Shown: positions 38,507 through 48,147, numbered from the whole stretch's first letter. The stretch is 62,513 bases of DNA, filler included, from 4 parts of 4 records of this genome joined end to end with filler, not necessarily neighbours in it; one strand, 5' to 3'. Notes: generated by a model from the letters alone, not told the origin. Made by a program: numbers and translations.

Positions 38507-38715
38507 AACGGAATTATGTCACCCCGCGAGCCACCACGGGCCTCGCTGGTGCAGCCATTGCTACCAACGGTCGGAAACCGGCGATAATTTGATCAGGCTC
38601 ACGGCATACGAAGCGCTTTCGCGACAGCGCCGGATCAACATGCATTTTTCCCTTTACCTCAACCTGGGTTGAGGCCCTATTCTCCCTTTTCCTGCTGACG
38701 AACCTGGAGCCTGCC

Positions 38716-39531
38716 ATGCCCCTTGATATAGATGCCTATTGCCAACGTGTCGGTTATACCGGAGAACGCACACCCACCCTGGCTACGCTGCGCGCCCTGC
38801 AACAATGCCACCTGCTGCATATTGCTTTTGAAAACCTGAACCCTCTACTGGGCAAGCCTGTGCCACTGGATCTGGCCAGCCTGGAACGCAAGCTGGTGCA
38901 GCAAGGGCGGGGAGGCTACTGCTTTGAGAACAACCTGCTATTCATGGCTGTGCTCACGGAACTGGGTTTCACCGTGCGCGGGATTACCGCACGGGTCTAC
39001 TGGAACCAGCCCGAGGACGCGCAGCCACCACGCTCACATATGCTGTTGCTGGTGACCATCGACGATGAGGACCACCTGAGCGACGTGGGATTTGGCGGGA
39101 TGACTCCGACGGCCCCATTAAAACTGCACAACCCGGCAGCCCAGAGCACTCCGCTGGAGCATTTCCGTGTGCTTCCCGAGAACAATCATTACCGGATTGA
39201 GGTACAGCTGGGCAGCAGTTGGCGGCTGCTGTACCGGTTCGACCTGATGACGCAGTGGCCCATCGATTTCGACATGGCTAACTGGTATGTGGCCTGCCAC
39301 CCGGCGTCAAAATTCGTCAACAACCTGATTGCCGTACGCACCGACGTGGATCGCCGCCACACACTATTGAACGGGCTCTATACGATTCGCTACCCGGACG
39401 GACGCAGTGACAAGCAGGACATTACCGACCCGCAGGCGATGACTCGCCTGCTAGCCGATACCTTTCAGATCAATCTGCAAGGACTGGAGCAAGACCTGCA
39501 GACTACGCTGACCGATAAGACGCTGCTTTAA
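38716..39531 (+). CDS. Arylamine N-acetyltransferase
   Basis: AFENL, RGGYCFENN, SHMLL, DVGFG triad motifs. Confidence 0.92.
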   Translation: MPLDIDAYCQRVGYTGERTPTLATLRALQQCHLLHIAFENLNPLLGKPVPLDLASLERKLVQQGRGGYCFENNLLFMAVLTELGFTVRGITARVYWNQPEDAQPPRSHMLLLVTIDDEDHLSDVGFGGMTPTAPLKLHNPAAQSTPLEHFRVLPENNHYRIEVQLGSSWRLLYRFDLMTQWPIDFDMANWYVACHPASKFVNNLIAVRTDVDRRHTLLNGLYTIRYPDGRSDKQDITDPQAMTRLLADTFQINLQGLEQDLQTTLTDKTLL

Positions 39532-39578
39532 CCGGTGCCTTTCCCCCATGTTAGAACCGTACTGGTAAGGCGAATTTT

Positions 39579-39691
39579 GCAGGTCGGGTTAGCCGTAGCC
39601 GTAACCCGACATCTGCCCGAACCAATAGCGAAAACGGTTAATGTCGGATTACGCCAGTAGGCTCTCTGTGCCCTTGGGTAAATTCGACCTA
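39579..39691. repeat. Inverted pair of REP-like repeats (REPIN-like) at the contig end
   Basis: GCAGGTCGGGTTAGCCGTAGCCGTAACCCGACA (39579-39611) and an opposite-facing longer copy at 39642-39691. Confidence 0.78.
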
Positions 39692-39791
39692 NNNNNNNNN
39701 NNNNNNNNNNNNNNNNNNNNNNNNNNNNNNNNNNNTTAATTAATTAANNNNNNNNNNNNNNNNNNNNNNNNNNNNNNNNNNNNNNNNNNNN
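39692..39791. other. Artificial contig linker
   Basis: N44-TTAATTAATTAA-N44. Composition switches abruptly from GC-rich to AT-rich across it. Confidence 0.98.
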
Positions 39792-40113
39792 GTTTGGAGA
39801 TTTAATGGGAATGATGGGTAAATTAAAAGAAACCCAAGAAAAAGTAGCAGCCACAAAAAAAAGGTTAGACACTGTTTTAATTGATGAAGTTAGCAACGAC
39901 GGACTTTTAAAAGTTACACTTACTGCAAACCGAGAAATAAAAAGCATAGCAATTGATGACAGCCTATTAGAAGACAAAGAGCAATTGGAAGATTATTTGG
40001 TTTTAACACTAAATAAAGCCATTGAAAAAGCTTCAAAGATTCACGAAACTGAAGTTGCTGCTGTTGCAAAAGAAGGAATGCCCAACATTCCAGGAATGGA
40101 TATGTTTAAGTAA
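39792..40113 (+). CDS. YbaB/EbfC nucleoid-associated protein, start clipped
   Basis: (M)[41 protein letters not shown]. Confidence 0.88.
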
Positions 40114-40120
40114 ACCTACT

Positions 40121-40570
40121 TTATTTAAGAAATTTATTAATAAACTTAAAATGGTTTTGGGTATCGCGCAATGGGCTATACCCTTCCATTTCTCCCTTTT
40201 CCCTTCCTTTATGGTCTAAAAATAATAGTTTTGGGAAGACTTTTTTTGTATTGTATTTAGCAACCAACTCTTTGTTGTAAGCCATTTGTTCTTCAGAAAT
40301 AAGATCTATACGGCGTGGATAATCCACCAATACTAAAACCATATTGGCTGCCTTTTCAACAAACTCAGGGTTTTCAAAAAAATCTTCTTTTAGCATCTTG
40401 CATGGAGCACACCAATCACTTCCTGTGAAATACAGTAAAATTGGCTTATTTGAATCTTTAGCTATTTTTCGCGCTTCTTCTAAATTTGTTAACCAATTTA
40501 AATCACTCGTTTCCTGTGAAAAAGAAAAAAGTGAAAACATAAGAAAGAAACAAAAATGATAAAGTTTCAT
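40121..40570 (-). CDS. Exported thioredoxin-family protein
   Basis: Signal peptide, FTGSDWCAPCK, VDYPR. Confidence 0.88.
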   Translation of the reverse strand: MKLYHFCFFLMFSLFSFSQETSDLNWLTNLEEARKIAKDSNKPILLYFTGSDWCAPCKMLKEDFFENPEFVEKAANMVLVLVDYPRRIDLISEEQMAYNKELVAKYNTKKVFPKLLFLDHKGREKGEMEGYSPLRDTQNHFKFINKFLK

Positions 40571-40624
40571 AAGTATAAGATTGTATTTTTCTTGAATAGC
40601 ATAATTAATGCCAAAGGTGTTATT

Positions 40625-40656
40625 AAAAAACAAAATCCCCAAAAAGTATGGGGATT
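40625..40656 (-). terminator. Intrinsic terminator after the OmpA-domain gene
   Basis: AATCCCCA/TGGGGATT stem with a T-rich tail on the minus strand. Confidence 0.6.
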
Positions 40657-40680
40657 CTATTCAATTAACCTCAATATAAC

Positions 40681-41784
40681 CTAATTAATCAGCCTAAATT
40701 CAGTTCTTCTATTTACAGCGTGTTCGCGTTCCGTACATGAAACACCATCAGCACATCTATTTTTTAATCTATTCTCCCCGTAACCATTTGCTACAAGCAA
40801 ACTCGAGTTGATTCCATTTGATTGTAAATAAATTGCCACAGCCTGAGCTCTTCTTTCAGATAAATCTTGATTTGATGAGCTAGTACCTCTAGAATCTGTA
40901 TGCGAAGCTATTTCAAGTTTTACACCTGGATTTTGAGCAAGAACAGGCATTAAGCGAGTGTCAATCAAAGATTTTGCTTCTGCAGTTAGTGTTGCGCTTC
41001 CAAGATTCCAGTTTATTGGTAAGGCTTGATATTCTACCAAAGCACATTCTACTTCTCTCCAGCTTGTTAAACCGCCTTTGTCTTTTAACACCTCTTTTGA
41101 AACCGTTTTATATTCCGCAGCAATAAGCTCTTCAACTACTTGCGCGTCTTTCACCATAACCACTTTAGTTATTTCATCATAAACAGCAGGAATAATAACT
41201 TCTTCAACTCGAGCAGGCTCAATTACAACCTTTTTTGTATAAGAAGCATCTTTAGCCTCAATTGGGCTTTTATTTGTTGATGCATCATTTGCCAAACGGA
41301 TTACCGGCACCGTTGTGTACTCTGCTGGATATCCTTTATAACACCAGTAACGGCAATCGTCTGGATTAGAAGAGGCACAATCTGGTGCTGGTGAGCCAAG
41401 CTCCCATTGTGCAAAAGCAGGTTTTATTTCAATAGTTTCTGCATCGTTTGAAAAAGTTGCAGGATTCACGCTTAAAGTCGATGCACCTTGTTTTTTAACA
41501 TATGTTACTGTTTCTGTACCCCATTTTTCAGGAATTACAACAAGTTTTTTACCTTCTTCTTTCACCAAAACACGTTCCGTGACAGTCTCATATTGCGCAG
41601 GAATCGTCTTCAATTTTTTGTAGGCCGGCTTTGTCATAATCTGCACTGTTTCATTTACATAAACAGCTGGCGTTGTACAGCGCACATAGCACTTCCCAGG
41701 TTCTGGGTTTGCCGGTAAATCTTGTGCGTAAGTTAGGCTTGCAGTTGATATAAAAAACAAGCTAATACATAATTTTAATTTCAT
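40681..41784 (-). CDS. Secreted OmpA-domain protein with N-terminal 23-aa repeats
   Basis: Signal peptide, PAxY repeats, C-terminal SHTDSRG, NQDLSERRA, GYGE and NRRTEF motifs. Confidence 0.9.
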   Translation of the reverse strand: MKLKLCISLFFISTASLTYAQDLPANPEPGKCYVRCTTPAVYVNETVQIMTKPAYKKLKTIPAQYETVTERVLVKEEGKKLVVIPEKWGTETVTYVKKQGASTLSVNPATFSNDAETIEIKPAFAQWELGSPAPDCASSNPDDCRYWCYKGYPAEYTTVPVIRLANDASTNKSPIEAKDASYTKKVVIEPARVEEVIIPAVYDEITKVVMVKDAQVVEELIAAEYKTVSKEVLKDKGGLTSWREVECALVEYQALPINWNLGSATLTAEAKSLIDTRLMPVLAQNPGVKLEIASHTDSRGTSSSNQDLSERRAQAVAIYLQSNGINSSLLVANGYGENRLKNRCADGVSCTEREHAVNRRTEFRLIN

Positions 41785-41970
41785 ATAAATTGTGTTAAAT
41801 AATAATTAATAATGGCGTTATAACCACTTATTAGACCCCATAAATATCAACAAGTCACTCATTTAATTAATTATTTCTTATATTTAAAAAAATAGTTTCT
41901 AATCTTTTTTAATGAGAATCATTTTTCCGATATTTAAGCATTAATGATAAAAACCTAAAACAATAAACCT

Positions 41971-42291
41971 ATGTTTGAACTTAAAAAAAGCGGTGATAAG
42001 TTTCACTTTGTGTTAAAAGCTAGCAATGGTCAGGTAATCCTCTCAAGCCAGATGTATGCTTCAAAAGCCTCAGCAATGAATGGCATTGAGTCTGTTCAGA
42101 AAAACTGCGGAAAAGATGATAGTTTTGAATTAAAAACCGCAAAAAACGGAAAAATTCACTTCAATATTAAAGCTAGTAACGGACAAATTATTGGTAGTAG
42201 CCAAATGTATGCTGCTGAAAGTGGTGCTAAAAACGGTATAGAATCTGTTCGTAAAAATGCACCAGACGCTTCTGTAAAAGAAGTAGAATAA
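41971..42291 (+). CDS. YegP/DUF1508 family protein
   Basis: Tandem duplication FHFVLKASNGQVILSSQMY...NGIESV. Confidence 0.92.
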   Translation: MFELKKSGDKFHFVLKASNGQVILSSQMYASKASAMNGIESVQKNCGKDDSFELKTAKNGKIHFNIKASNGQIIGSSQMYAAESGAKNGIESVRKNAPDASVKEVE

Positions 42292-42313
42292 AACACAGAT
42301 TTTCTTTCCAATT

Positions 42314-42343
42314 AAAATCCTCGGAATTCCGGGGATTTTTTTT
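42314..42343 (+). terminator. Intrinsic terminator
   Basis: AAAATCCTCGG-AATT-CCGGGGATTTT followed by a T-run. Confidence 0.75.
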
Positions 42344-42381
42344 ATCTTATTTCCCTTTCAAAATTCAAATATTTTAATTCA

Positions 42382-42606
42382 ATGAGCATTTTAAACAATT
42401 GGCGTATTATAGTGCTACTCTGCCTTACATTAGGCCTAGCACCTTTCTTTCCTGAACCACATATCTTGGGAAAAATTAATTGGATAACTGGTGGAGCCAA
42501 TGGTATGAAAGCCGCAGATTGGTTTGATGTGTTGCTTCATGGCTTTCCATTTATTTTATTAGGTAGATTACTTATTATAAAATTGAACCTATTCAAAAAG
42601 AAATGA
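42382..42606 (+). CDS. Small hypothetical membrane protein
   Basis: Two hydrophobic segments, LGLAPFFPEPH and DWFDVLLHG motifs. Confidence 0.75.
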   Translation: MSILNNWRIIVLLCLTLGLAPFFPEPHILGKINWITGGANGMKAADWFDVLLHGFPFILLGRLLIIKLNLFKKK

Positions 42607-42691
42607 TTTCTAAAAAAAGGGTTTTGATAACAATTAAGCATTGTGAAACACGCCCGATTTCGCTATTTTTGTACCTCTAAAATTTAAACTA

Positions 42692-45106
42692 ATGCAAACA
42701 GACCCAAAGACCAACGGCGAAATTCACTTTGATGATTTTAAGGAAACTGTCCTAAATGATTATAAAATAGCTGTTACTAGCCGTGAATGTAGTTTGTTAG
42801 GTCGCCGTGAAGTACTTACCGGAAAAGCAAAATTTGGAATATTTGGTGATGGAAAAGAAGTGCCACAACTTGCTTGGGCCAAAGCTTTTAAGAATGGCGA
42901 TTGGAGAAGCGGTTACTACAGGGACCAAACATTTATGATGGCGATTGGCAAACTTACTATTGAACAGTTTTTTGCTGGCCTTTATGCACATACAGATATT
43001 AAGTCAGACCCAATGAGTGCTGGAAGGCAAATGGGTGGCCACTTTGCAACACACAGTCTAAACGAAGATGGTAGCTGGAAAAACCTTACTGCACAAAAAA
43101 ATAGTAGCGCAGATATATCACCTACCGCTGGGCAAATGCCTCGTTTATTGGGGTTGGCACAAGCTTCAAAAATATTTAGGAACGTAAAAGGGATTGAAAA
43201 TAAAACCAATTTCTCTATCAACGGAAATGAAGTTGCTTGGGGAACCATCGGTAATGCAAGTACCAGTGAAGGGCTTTTTTGGGAAACCATAAATGCCGCT
43301 GGAGTATTGCAAGTACCAATGGTTATGAGCGTTTGGGATGATGAATACGGAATTTCTGTTCACGCAAAATACCAAACTACTAAAGAAAATATCTCAGAAG
43401 TACTTAAAGGATTTCAACGTACTGAAGATGAAAATGGATATGAAATTATCCGTGTAAAAGGCTGGGATTATCCAGACCTTATTGAAGTTTATAGCCGTGC
43501 TTCACAAATAGCGCGAGAAGAACACGTACCTGTTTTAATTCACGTGCAACAACTAACACAACCGCAAGGTCACAGCACCAGTGGTTCGCACGAACGTTAT
43601 AAAAGCAAAGATCGTTTAGAGTGGGAAGCAAGTTACGACTGTAACGTAAAAATGCGTGAATGGATTATTGCAAGCGATATTGCTTCAGAAGAAACGCTTG
43701 CCGAAATAGAAAAAGCCATTAAAAAGCAAGTTCGTGATGGAAAAAAAGCAGCTTGGGAAGCCTTTCTTGCACCGCAAAAAAAGGAACAAGAAGAAGCTGT
43801 TCTTCTTTTAGGAAATCTAGCAGAAAATAGTTCAAATAAAAATTTCATTGAGAAATTAAAAAATGAACTTGCATCCGAAAAAGAACCTTTACGTAGAAAT
43901 ATTGCTGCCTCAGCACGAAAAGCCTTGCGTTATGTAGTAGGAGAAGATTCATCTGAAAAGAAACAATTGCAAGATTGGTTGACTAATTATTTCGATACTA
44001 TTCAACCAAAATATAGCTCACATCTTTATTCTGAAGCAAACGAAAATGCTAAAACCATACAAGAAGTTCTTCCTTCATACACTAACGATGCTGAAGAAGT
44101 TGATGGGCGTGTAATTATAAGAGATAACTTTGATGCTATTTTCAGCAAATATCCAGAAGCTTTAATTTTTGGAGAGGATGCAGGAGAAATTGGCGATGTA
44201 AACCAAGGTTTGGAAGGCATGCAGGAAAAATACGGAAAACTTAGAGTTGCCGATGCAGGAATTCGTGAAGCTACAATTTTAGGTCAAGGAATTGGGATGG
44301 CTATGCGTGGTTTACGCCCTATTGCAGAAATACAATACCTTGATTATATTTTATATTGCCTTCAAATAATGAGTGATGATTTGGTGACGGTACGCTACCG
44401 CACCAACGGCACACAGAAAGCGCCGTTGATTGTTAGAACGCGTGGCCACAGACTAGAAGGTATTTGGCATAGTGGCTCACAGATGGGTGGTTTAATTCAC
44501 CTTTTGCGAGGTATGTATTTACTCGTTCCAAGAAACATGACCAAAGCTGCAGGTTTTTACAATACTTTGCTTGAAACTGATGAACCAGCTCTCGTTGTTG
44601 AATGTTTAAATGGTTATCGTTTAAAGGAAAAAATGCCTAACAACTTAGGCGAGCTAAAAACTCCAATTGGTGTAGTAGAAACTATAAAAGAAGGAACAGA
44701 TATTACTTTGGTTTCCTACGGAAGTACGATTCGCATTGTTGAAGAAGCTGCAAAAGAGCTACTACAAGCTGGTATTAGTGCCGAAATTATTGATGTGCAG
44801 TCCCTGCTACCTTTAGATTTAAACCATGATATCGTTAAAAGTGTAGCAAAAACTAATAGACTTTTAGTTATTGATGAAGACGTTCCTGGTGGCGCTTCTG
44901 CATATATACTTCAAAATATCATAGATGTTCAAGGTGGTTACAAACATCTTGACAGCAAACCACAAACACTTGCAGCCAAAGAGCACCGACCTGCTTATGG
45001 CACAGATGGCGATTACTTTAGCAAGCCAAGTGTAGAAGACGTTTATGAAAAAGTATATGAAATTATGCACGAAGCAAATCCTTCGGGATTTCCAAAACTC
45101 AGATAA
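42692..45106 (+). CDS. 2-oxoacid (probably branched-chain) dehydrogenase E1, fused alpha+beta
   Basis: MSAGRQMGGHF, IGNASTSEG TPP motif, GHSTSG, FGED, GLRPIAEIQY, transketolase C-domain. Confidence 0.9.
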   Translation: MQTDPKTNGEIHFDDFKETVLNDYKIAVTSRECSLLGRREVLTGKAKFGIFGDGKEVPQLAWAKAFKNGDWRSGYYRDQTFMMAIGKLTIEQFFAGLYAHTDIKSDPMSAGRQMGGHFATHSLNEDGSWKNLTAQKNSSADISPTAGQMPRLLGLAQASKIFRNVKGIENKTNFSINGNEVAWGTIGNASTSEGLFWETINAAGVLQVPMVMSVWDDEYGISVHAKYQTTKENISEVLKGFQRTEDENGYEIIRVKGWDYPDLIEVYSRASQIAREEHVPVLIHVQQLTQPQGHSTSGSHERYKSKDRLEWEASYDCNVKMREWIIASDIASEETLAEIEKAIKKQVRDGKKAAWEAFLAPQKKEQEEAVLLLGNLAENSSNKNFIEKLKNELASEKEPLRRNIAASARKALRYVVGEDSSEKKQLQDWLTNYFDTIQPKYSSHLYSEANENAKTIQEVLPSYTNDAEEVDGRVIIRDNFDAIFSKYPEALIFGEDAGEIGDVNQGLEGMQEKYGKLRVADAGIREATILGQGIGMAMRGLRPIAEIQYLDYILYCLQIMSDDLVTVRYRTNGTQKAPLIVRTRGHRLEGIWHSGSQMGGLIHLLRGMYLLVPRNMTKAAGFYNTLLETDEPALVVECLNGYRLKEKMPNNLGELKTPIGVVETIKEGTDITLVSYGSTIRIVEEAAKELLQAGISAEIIDVQSLLPLDLNHDIVKSVAKTNRLLVIDEDVPGGASAYILQNIIDVQGGYKHLDSKPQTLAAKEHRPAYGTDGDYFSKPSVEDVYEKVYEIMHEANPSGFPKLR

Positions 45107-45157
45107 GTAGAATACATAATTCACACAACCTAAAATTATATATTATTTAAAAAATAC

Positions 45158-45189
45158 TTGGAAACCTTAATTTATTTATAGTAAATTAG
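45158..45189 (+). promoter_or_regulatory. Putative Bacteroidetes sigma70 promoter of the asnB leader
   Basis: TTG (45158-60), 21 nt spacer, TAAATTAG (45182-89), one mismatch to TAnnTTTG. Confidence 0.55.
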
Positions 45190-45215
45190 CAATTCAAATA
45201 AAAGAAAGCAAGTTT

Positions 45216-45257
45216 ATGTCATTTTTCAGCCTTAATAACAATAACCAGCTACCGTAA
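45216..45257 (+). CDS. Asn-rich leader peptide MSFFSLNNNNQLP
   Basis: ATG TCA TTT TTC AGC CTT AAT AAC AAT AAC CAG CTA CCG TAA, directly upstream of the attenuator and asnB. Confidence 0.82.
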   Translation: MSFFSLNNNNQLP

Positions 45258-45258
45258 C

Positions 45259-45312
45259 AAAAACTTGTCGCGATATATGGCCTGTCAAGTTTTTCTTGAC
45301 AGGCTTTTTTTT
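45259..45312 (+). terminator. Attenuator: antiterminator overlapping an intrinsic terminator
   Basis: Terminator GCCTGTCAAG-TTTTT-CTTGACAGGC-T8 (45280-45312). Antiterminator AAAAACTTG (45259-67) pairs with CAAGTTTTT (45286-94). Confidence 0.85.
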
Positions 45313-45380
45313 GGTTTCAACTTAACTGATAATTAAATGAAGCCTAAAGATTCTTAAAAAACAAACTTAAATTATAAAAT

Positions 45381-47048
45381 ATGTGTGGAATTGTATGTGC
45401 ATTCAAACTTAAAGAACCTGCGGAAGAACTCAGGGTTCAGGTATTAACAATGGCAAAAAACATCCGTCATCGCGGACCCGATTGGAGTGGAATTTTTAGT
45501 AATGAAAAAGCAATAATGGCACACGAACGGCTTGCTATTGTAGACCCTACATCTGGAAAACAACCCCTTATTAGCAGTGATGGCAACTTGGTTTTAGCCG
45601 CCAATGGTGAGATATACAACCATATGGAACTGCGGAAGAAATTAAAACATTACACCTTTCAAACAAAAAGTGATTGCGAAGTAATACTACCTTTATATAA
45701 AGAAAAAGGAGCTGATTTTTTAGATGAAATGAACGGCATCTTTGGTTTTGCGTTATATGATGTTGAAAACGACACATATTTTGTGGCGCGCGACCATATG
45801 GGAATCATCCCGCTTTATATTGGTTGGGACCAACACGGCACTTTTTATGTAGCTTCCGAATTAAAAGCGCTGGAAGGCATTTGCACCAAAATTGAGCTCT
45901 TCCCCCCTGGACATTATTTAGACAGCCGTGAAGGTGAATTGAAACGTTGGTACACACGCGATTGGATGGATTATAAAAATGTAAAAAACAATACTACTGA
46001 AATCGCTGAACTCCGCAAAGCATTAGAAGCCGCAGTGCATCGCCAACTCATGAGCGACGTGCCTTACGGCGTATTACTTTCTGGAGGACTTGATAGCAGT
46101 ATTACTTCTGCCATTGCAAAAAAATATGCCGAAAAACGTATTGAAAGTGAAGATACTGAAGGCGCTTGGTGGCCACAATTACACAGCTTTGCAATTGGAC
46201 TGGAAGGCAGTCCTGACCTTGTAGCTGCAAAAAAAGTAGCAACCCATTTAAAGACTATACATCATGAAATAAAATTCACTATACAGGAAGGCATAGATGC
46301 CATTCGTGATGTAATTTATCATTTAGAAACCTATGATATTACCACAATTCGTGCTAGCACTCCAATGTATTTAATGGCGCGTGCTATTAAAGCAATGGGA
46401 ATAAAAATGGTGCTTAGCGGCGAAGGTTCTGATGAAATTTTTGGTGGCTATCTTTACTTTCATAAAGCTCCAAATGCAGAAGAACTTCATAAAGAAACAG
46501 TACGTAAACTTGATAAATTACATATGTATGATTGCTTACGTGCCAACAAATCGCTTGCAAGTTGGGGTATTGAAGGACGCGTTCCCTTCTTAGACAAAGA
46601 ATTTATGGATGTTGCTATGCGCATCAACCCACAAGATAAAATGATTAATGGCGAGCGAATGGAAAAATGGATTTTACGAAAAGCTTTTGAAGATATGCTT
46701 CCCGAAAGCGTATGTTGGCGCCAAAAAGAGCAATTTAGTGACGGTGTGGGTTATAGCTGGATAGATACTTTAAAAGAAATGGTAAATGAAAAAGTAACTG
46801 ATGAGCAGTTAGCAAATGCAAAATATAAATTTCCATTGCAAACTCCTACCAGCAAGGAAGAGTTTTATTATCGAAGTATTTTCGCTGAACATTTTCCTAG
46901 CGATACTGCTGCGCTTTGTGTGCCTTCAGTTCCATCGGTGGCGTGTAGTAGCCCAATTGCATTAGAATGGGATGCAAGTTTTAAAAACATGAACGACCCG
47001 AGCGGACGAGCAGTACAACAGGTACATACAGATGCCTATGAGAAATGA
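45381..47048 (+). CDS. asnB: Asparagine synthase (glutamine-hydrolysing)
   Basis: MCGI Ntn start, RHRGPD, NGEIYNH, LLSGGLDSS, SGEGSDE, RVPFLD, WRQKEQFSDGVG. Confidence 0.96.
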   Translation: MCGIVCAFKLKEPAEELRVQVLTMAKNIRHRGPDWSGIFSNEKAIMAHERLAIVDPTSGKQPLISSDGNLVLAANGEIYNHMELRKKLKHYTFQTKSDCEVILPLYKEKGADFLDEMNGIFGFALYDVENDTYFVARDHMGIIPLYIGWDQHGTFYVASELKALEGICTKIELFPPGHYLDSREGELKRWYTRDWMDYKNVKNNTTEIAELRKALEAAVHRQLMSDVPYGVLLSGGLDSSITSAIAKKYAEKRIESEDTEGAWWPQLHSFAIGLEGSPDLVAAKKVATHLKTIHHEIKFTIQEGIDAIRDVIYHLETYDITTIRASTPMYLMARAIKAMGIKMVLSGEGSDEIFGGYLYFHKAPNAEELHKETVRKLDKLHMYDCLRANKSLASWGIEGRVPFLDKEFMDVAMRINPQDKMINGERMEKWILRKAFEDMLPESVCWRQKEQFSDGVGYSWIDTLKEMVNEKVTDEQLANAKYKFPLQTPTSKEEFYYRSIFAEHFPSDTAALCVPSVPSVACSSPIALEWDASFKNMNDPSGRAVQQVHTDAYEK

Positions 47049-47119
47049 GCGGTATTTTAAAGAATTATTAAAAAAATTAATTTCTTAGAAAAACCACTTT
47101 AAATCAATATTAATTTTTT

Positions 47120-47160
47120 CAGAAGACATCAAAAAAAACTAATTTCATTGATGTCTTCTG
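47120..47160. terminator. Hairpin between convergent asnB and menB
   Basis: 13-bp stem CAGAAGACATCAA/TTGATGTCTTCTG. Confidence 0.6.
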
Positions 47161-47204
47161 TATTAAAACTCAAAAAGAATACTAAAAGCAACTAAGTATT
47201 TATT

Positions 47205-48044
47205 TTATGGTAACCACTTTTTATCAAAATTAGGTTTTCTTTTTTCTAGAAAAGCATCGCGACCTTCTTTTGCTTCGTCCGTCATATAGGCAAGTCGTGT
47301 TGCTTCTCCTGCAAATACTTGTTGCCCCACCATACCGTCATCAGTAAGGTTCATTGCAAACTTCAACATTTTTATAGATGTAGGTGATTTTGCGAGAATC
47401 TCCTGAGCCCATTCGTAAGCCGTATCTTCAAGTTTATCATGAGGGATTACGGCGTTTACCATCCCCATTTCATAAGCTTCTTGTGCAGAATAATTTCTAC
47501 CAAGGAAAAAGATTTCGCGAGCTCGCTTCTGCCCTACCATTTTGGCTAGATATGCACTTCCGTAACCGCCATCAAAACTAGTAACATCGGCATCTGTTTG
47601 TTTAAAAATTGCGTGTTCCTTACTTGCTAAAGTCAAATCGCAAACCACATGCAAACTATGGCCGCCACCTACTGCCCATCCTGGAACCACACAAATAACG
47701 GCTTTCGGCATAAAACGTATTAATCGTTGCACATCTAAAATATTTAACCGGTGATAACCATCATCCCCCACATATCCTTGATGGCCTCGCGCTTTTTGAT
47801 CGCCACCACTACAAAAACTATAAATTCCATCTTTTGTGGAAGGCCCTTCAGCGGAAAGTAAAACCACGCCAACAGAGGTATCTTCTTGGGCATTATGAAA
47901 AGCATCTAGTAATTCGGCTGTAGTTTTAGGACGAAATGCATTACGCACATCAGGCCTGTTAAAAGCAATTCTAGCAACGCCATCGCATTTTTTGTATGTT
48001 ATATCTGTATATTCTTTGACAGTTTTCCAATTGATTGAAGACAT
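47205..48044 (-). CDS. menB: 1,4-dihydroxy-2-naphthoyl-CoA synthase
   Basis: VRNAFRP, FCSGGDQ, GGGHSLHVVCD, SFDGGYGS, EGRDAFLEKR. Confidence 0.95.
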   Translation of the reverse strand: MSSINWKTVKEYTDITYKKCDGVARIAFNRPDVRNAFRPKTTAELLDAFHNAQEDTSVGVVLLSAEGPSTKDGIYSFCSGGDQKARGHQGYVGDDGYHRLNILDVQRLIRFMPKAVICVVPGWAVGGGHSLHVVCDLTLASKEHAIFKQTDADVTSFDGGYGSAYLAKMVGQKRAREIFFLGRNYSAQEAYEMGMVNAVIPHDKLEDTAYEWAQEILAKSPTSIKMLKFAMNLTDDGMVGQQVFAGEATRLAYMTDEAKEGRDAFLEKRKPNFDKKWLP

Positions 48045-48147
48045 AATTGTTATTTTTGTTTTCAAAGATAGAAGATATTGTTTAGTATTATTTTCTATTT
48101 CTTTTGAAATAATACTTCAGATAAACAATAATATTAAAAAATAACCC

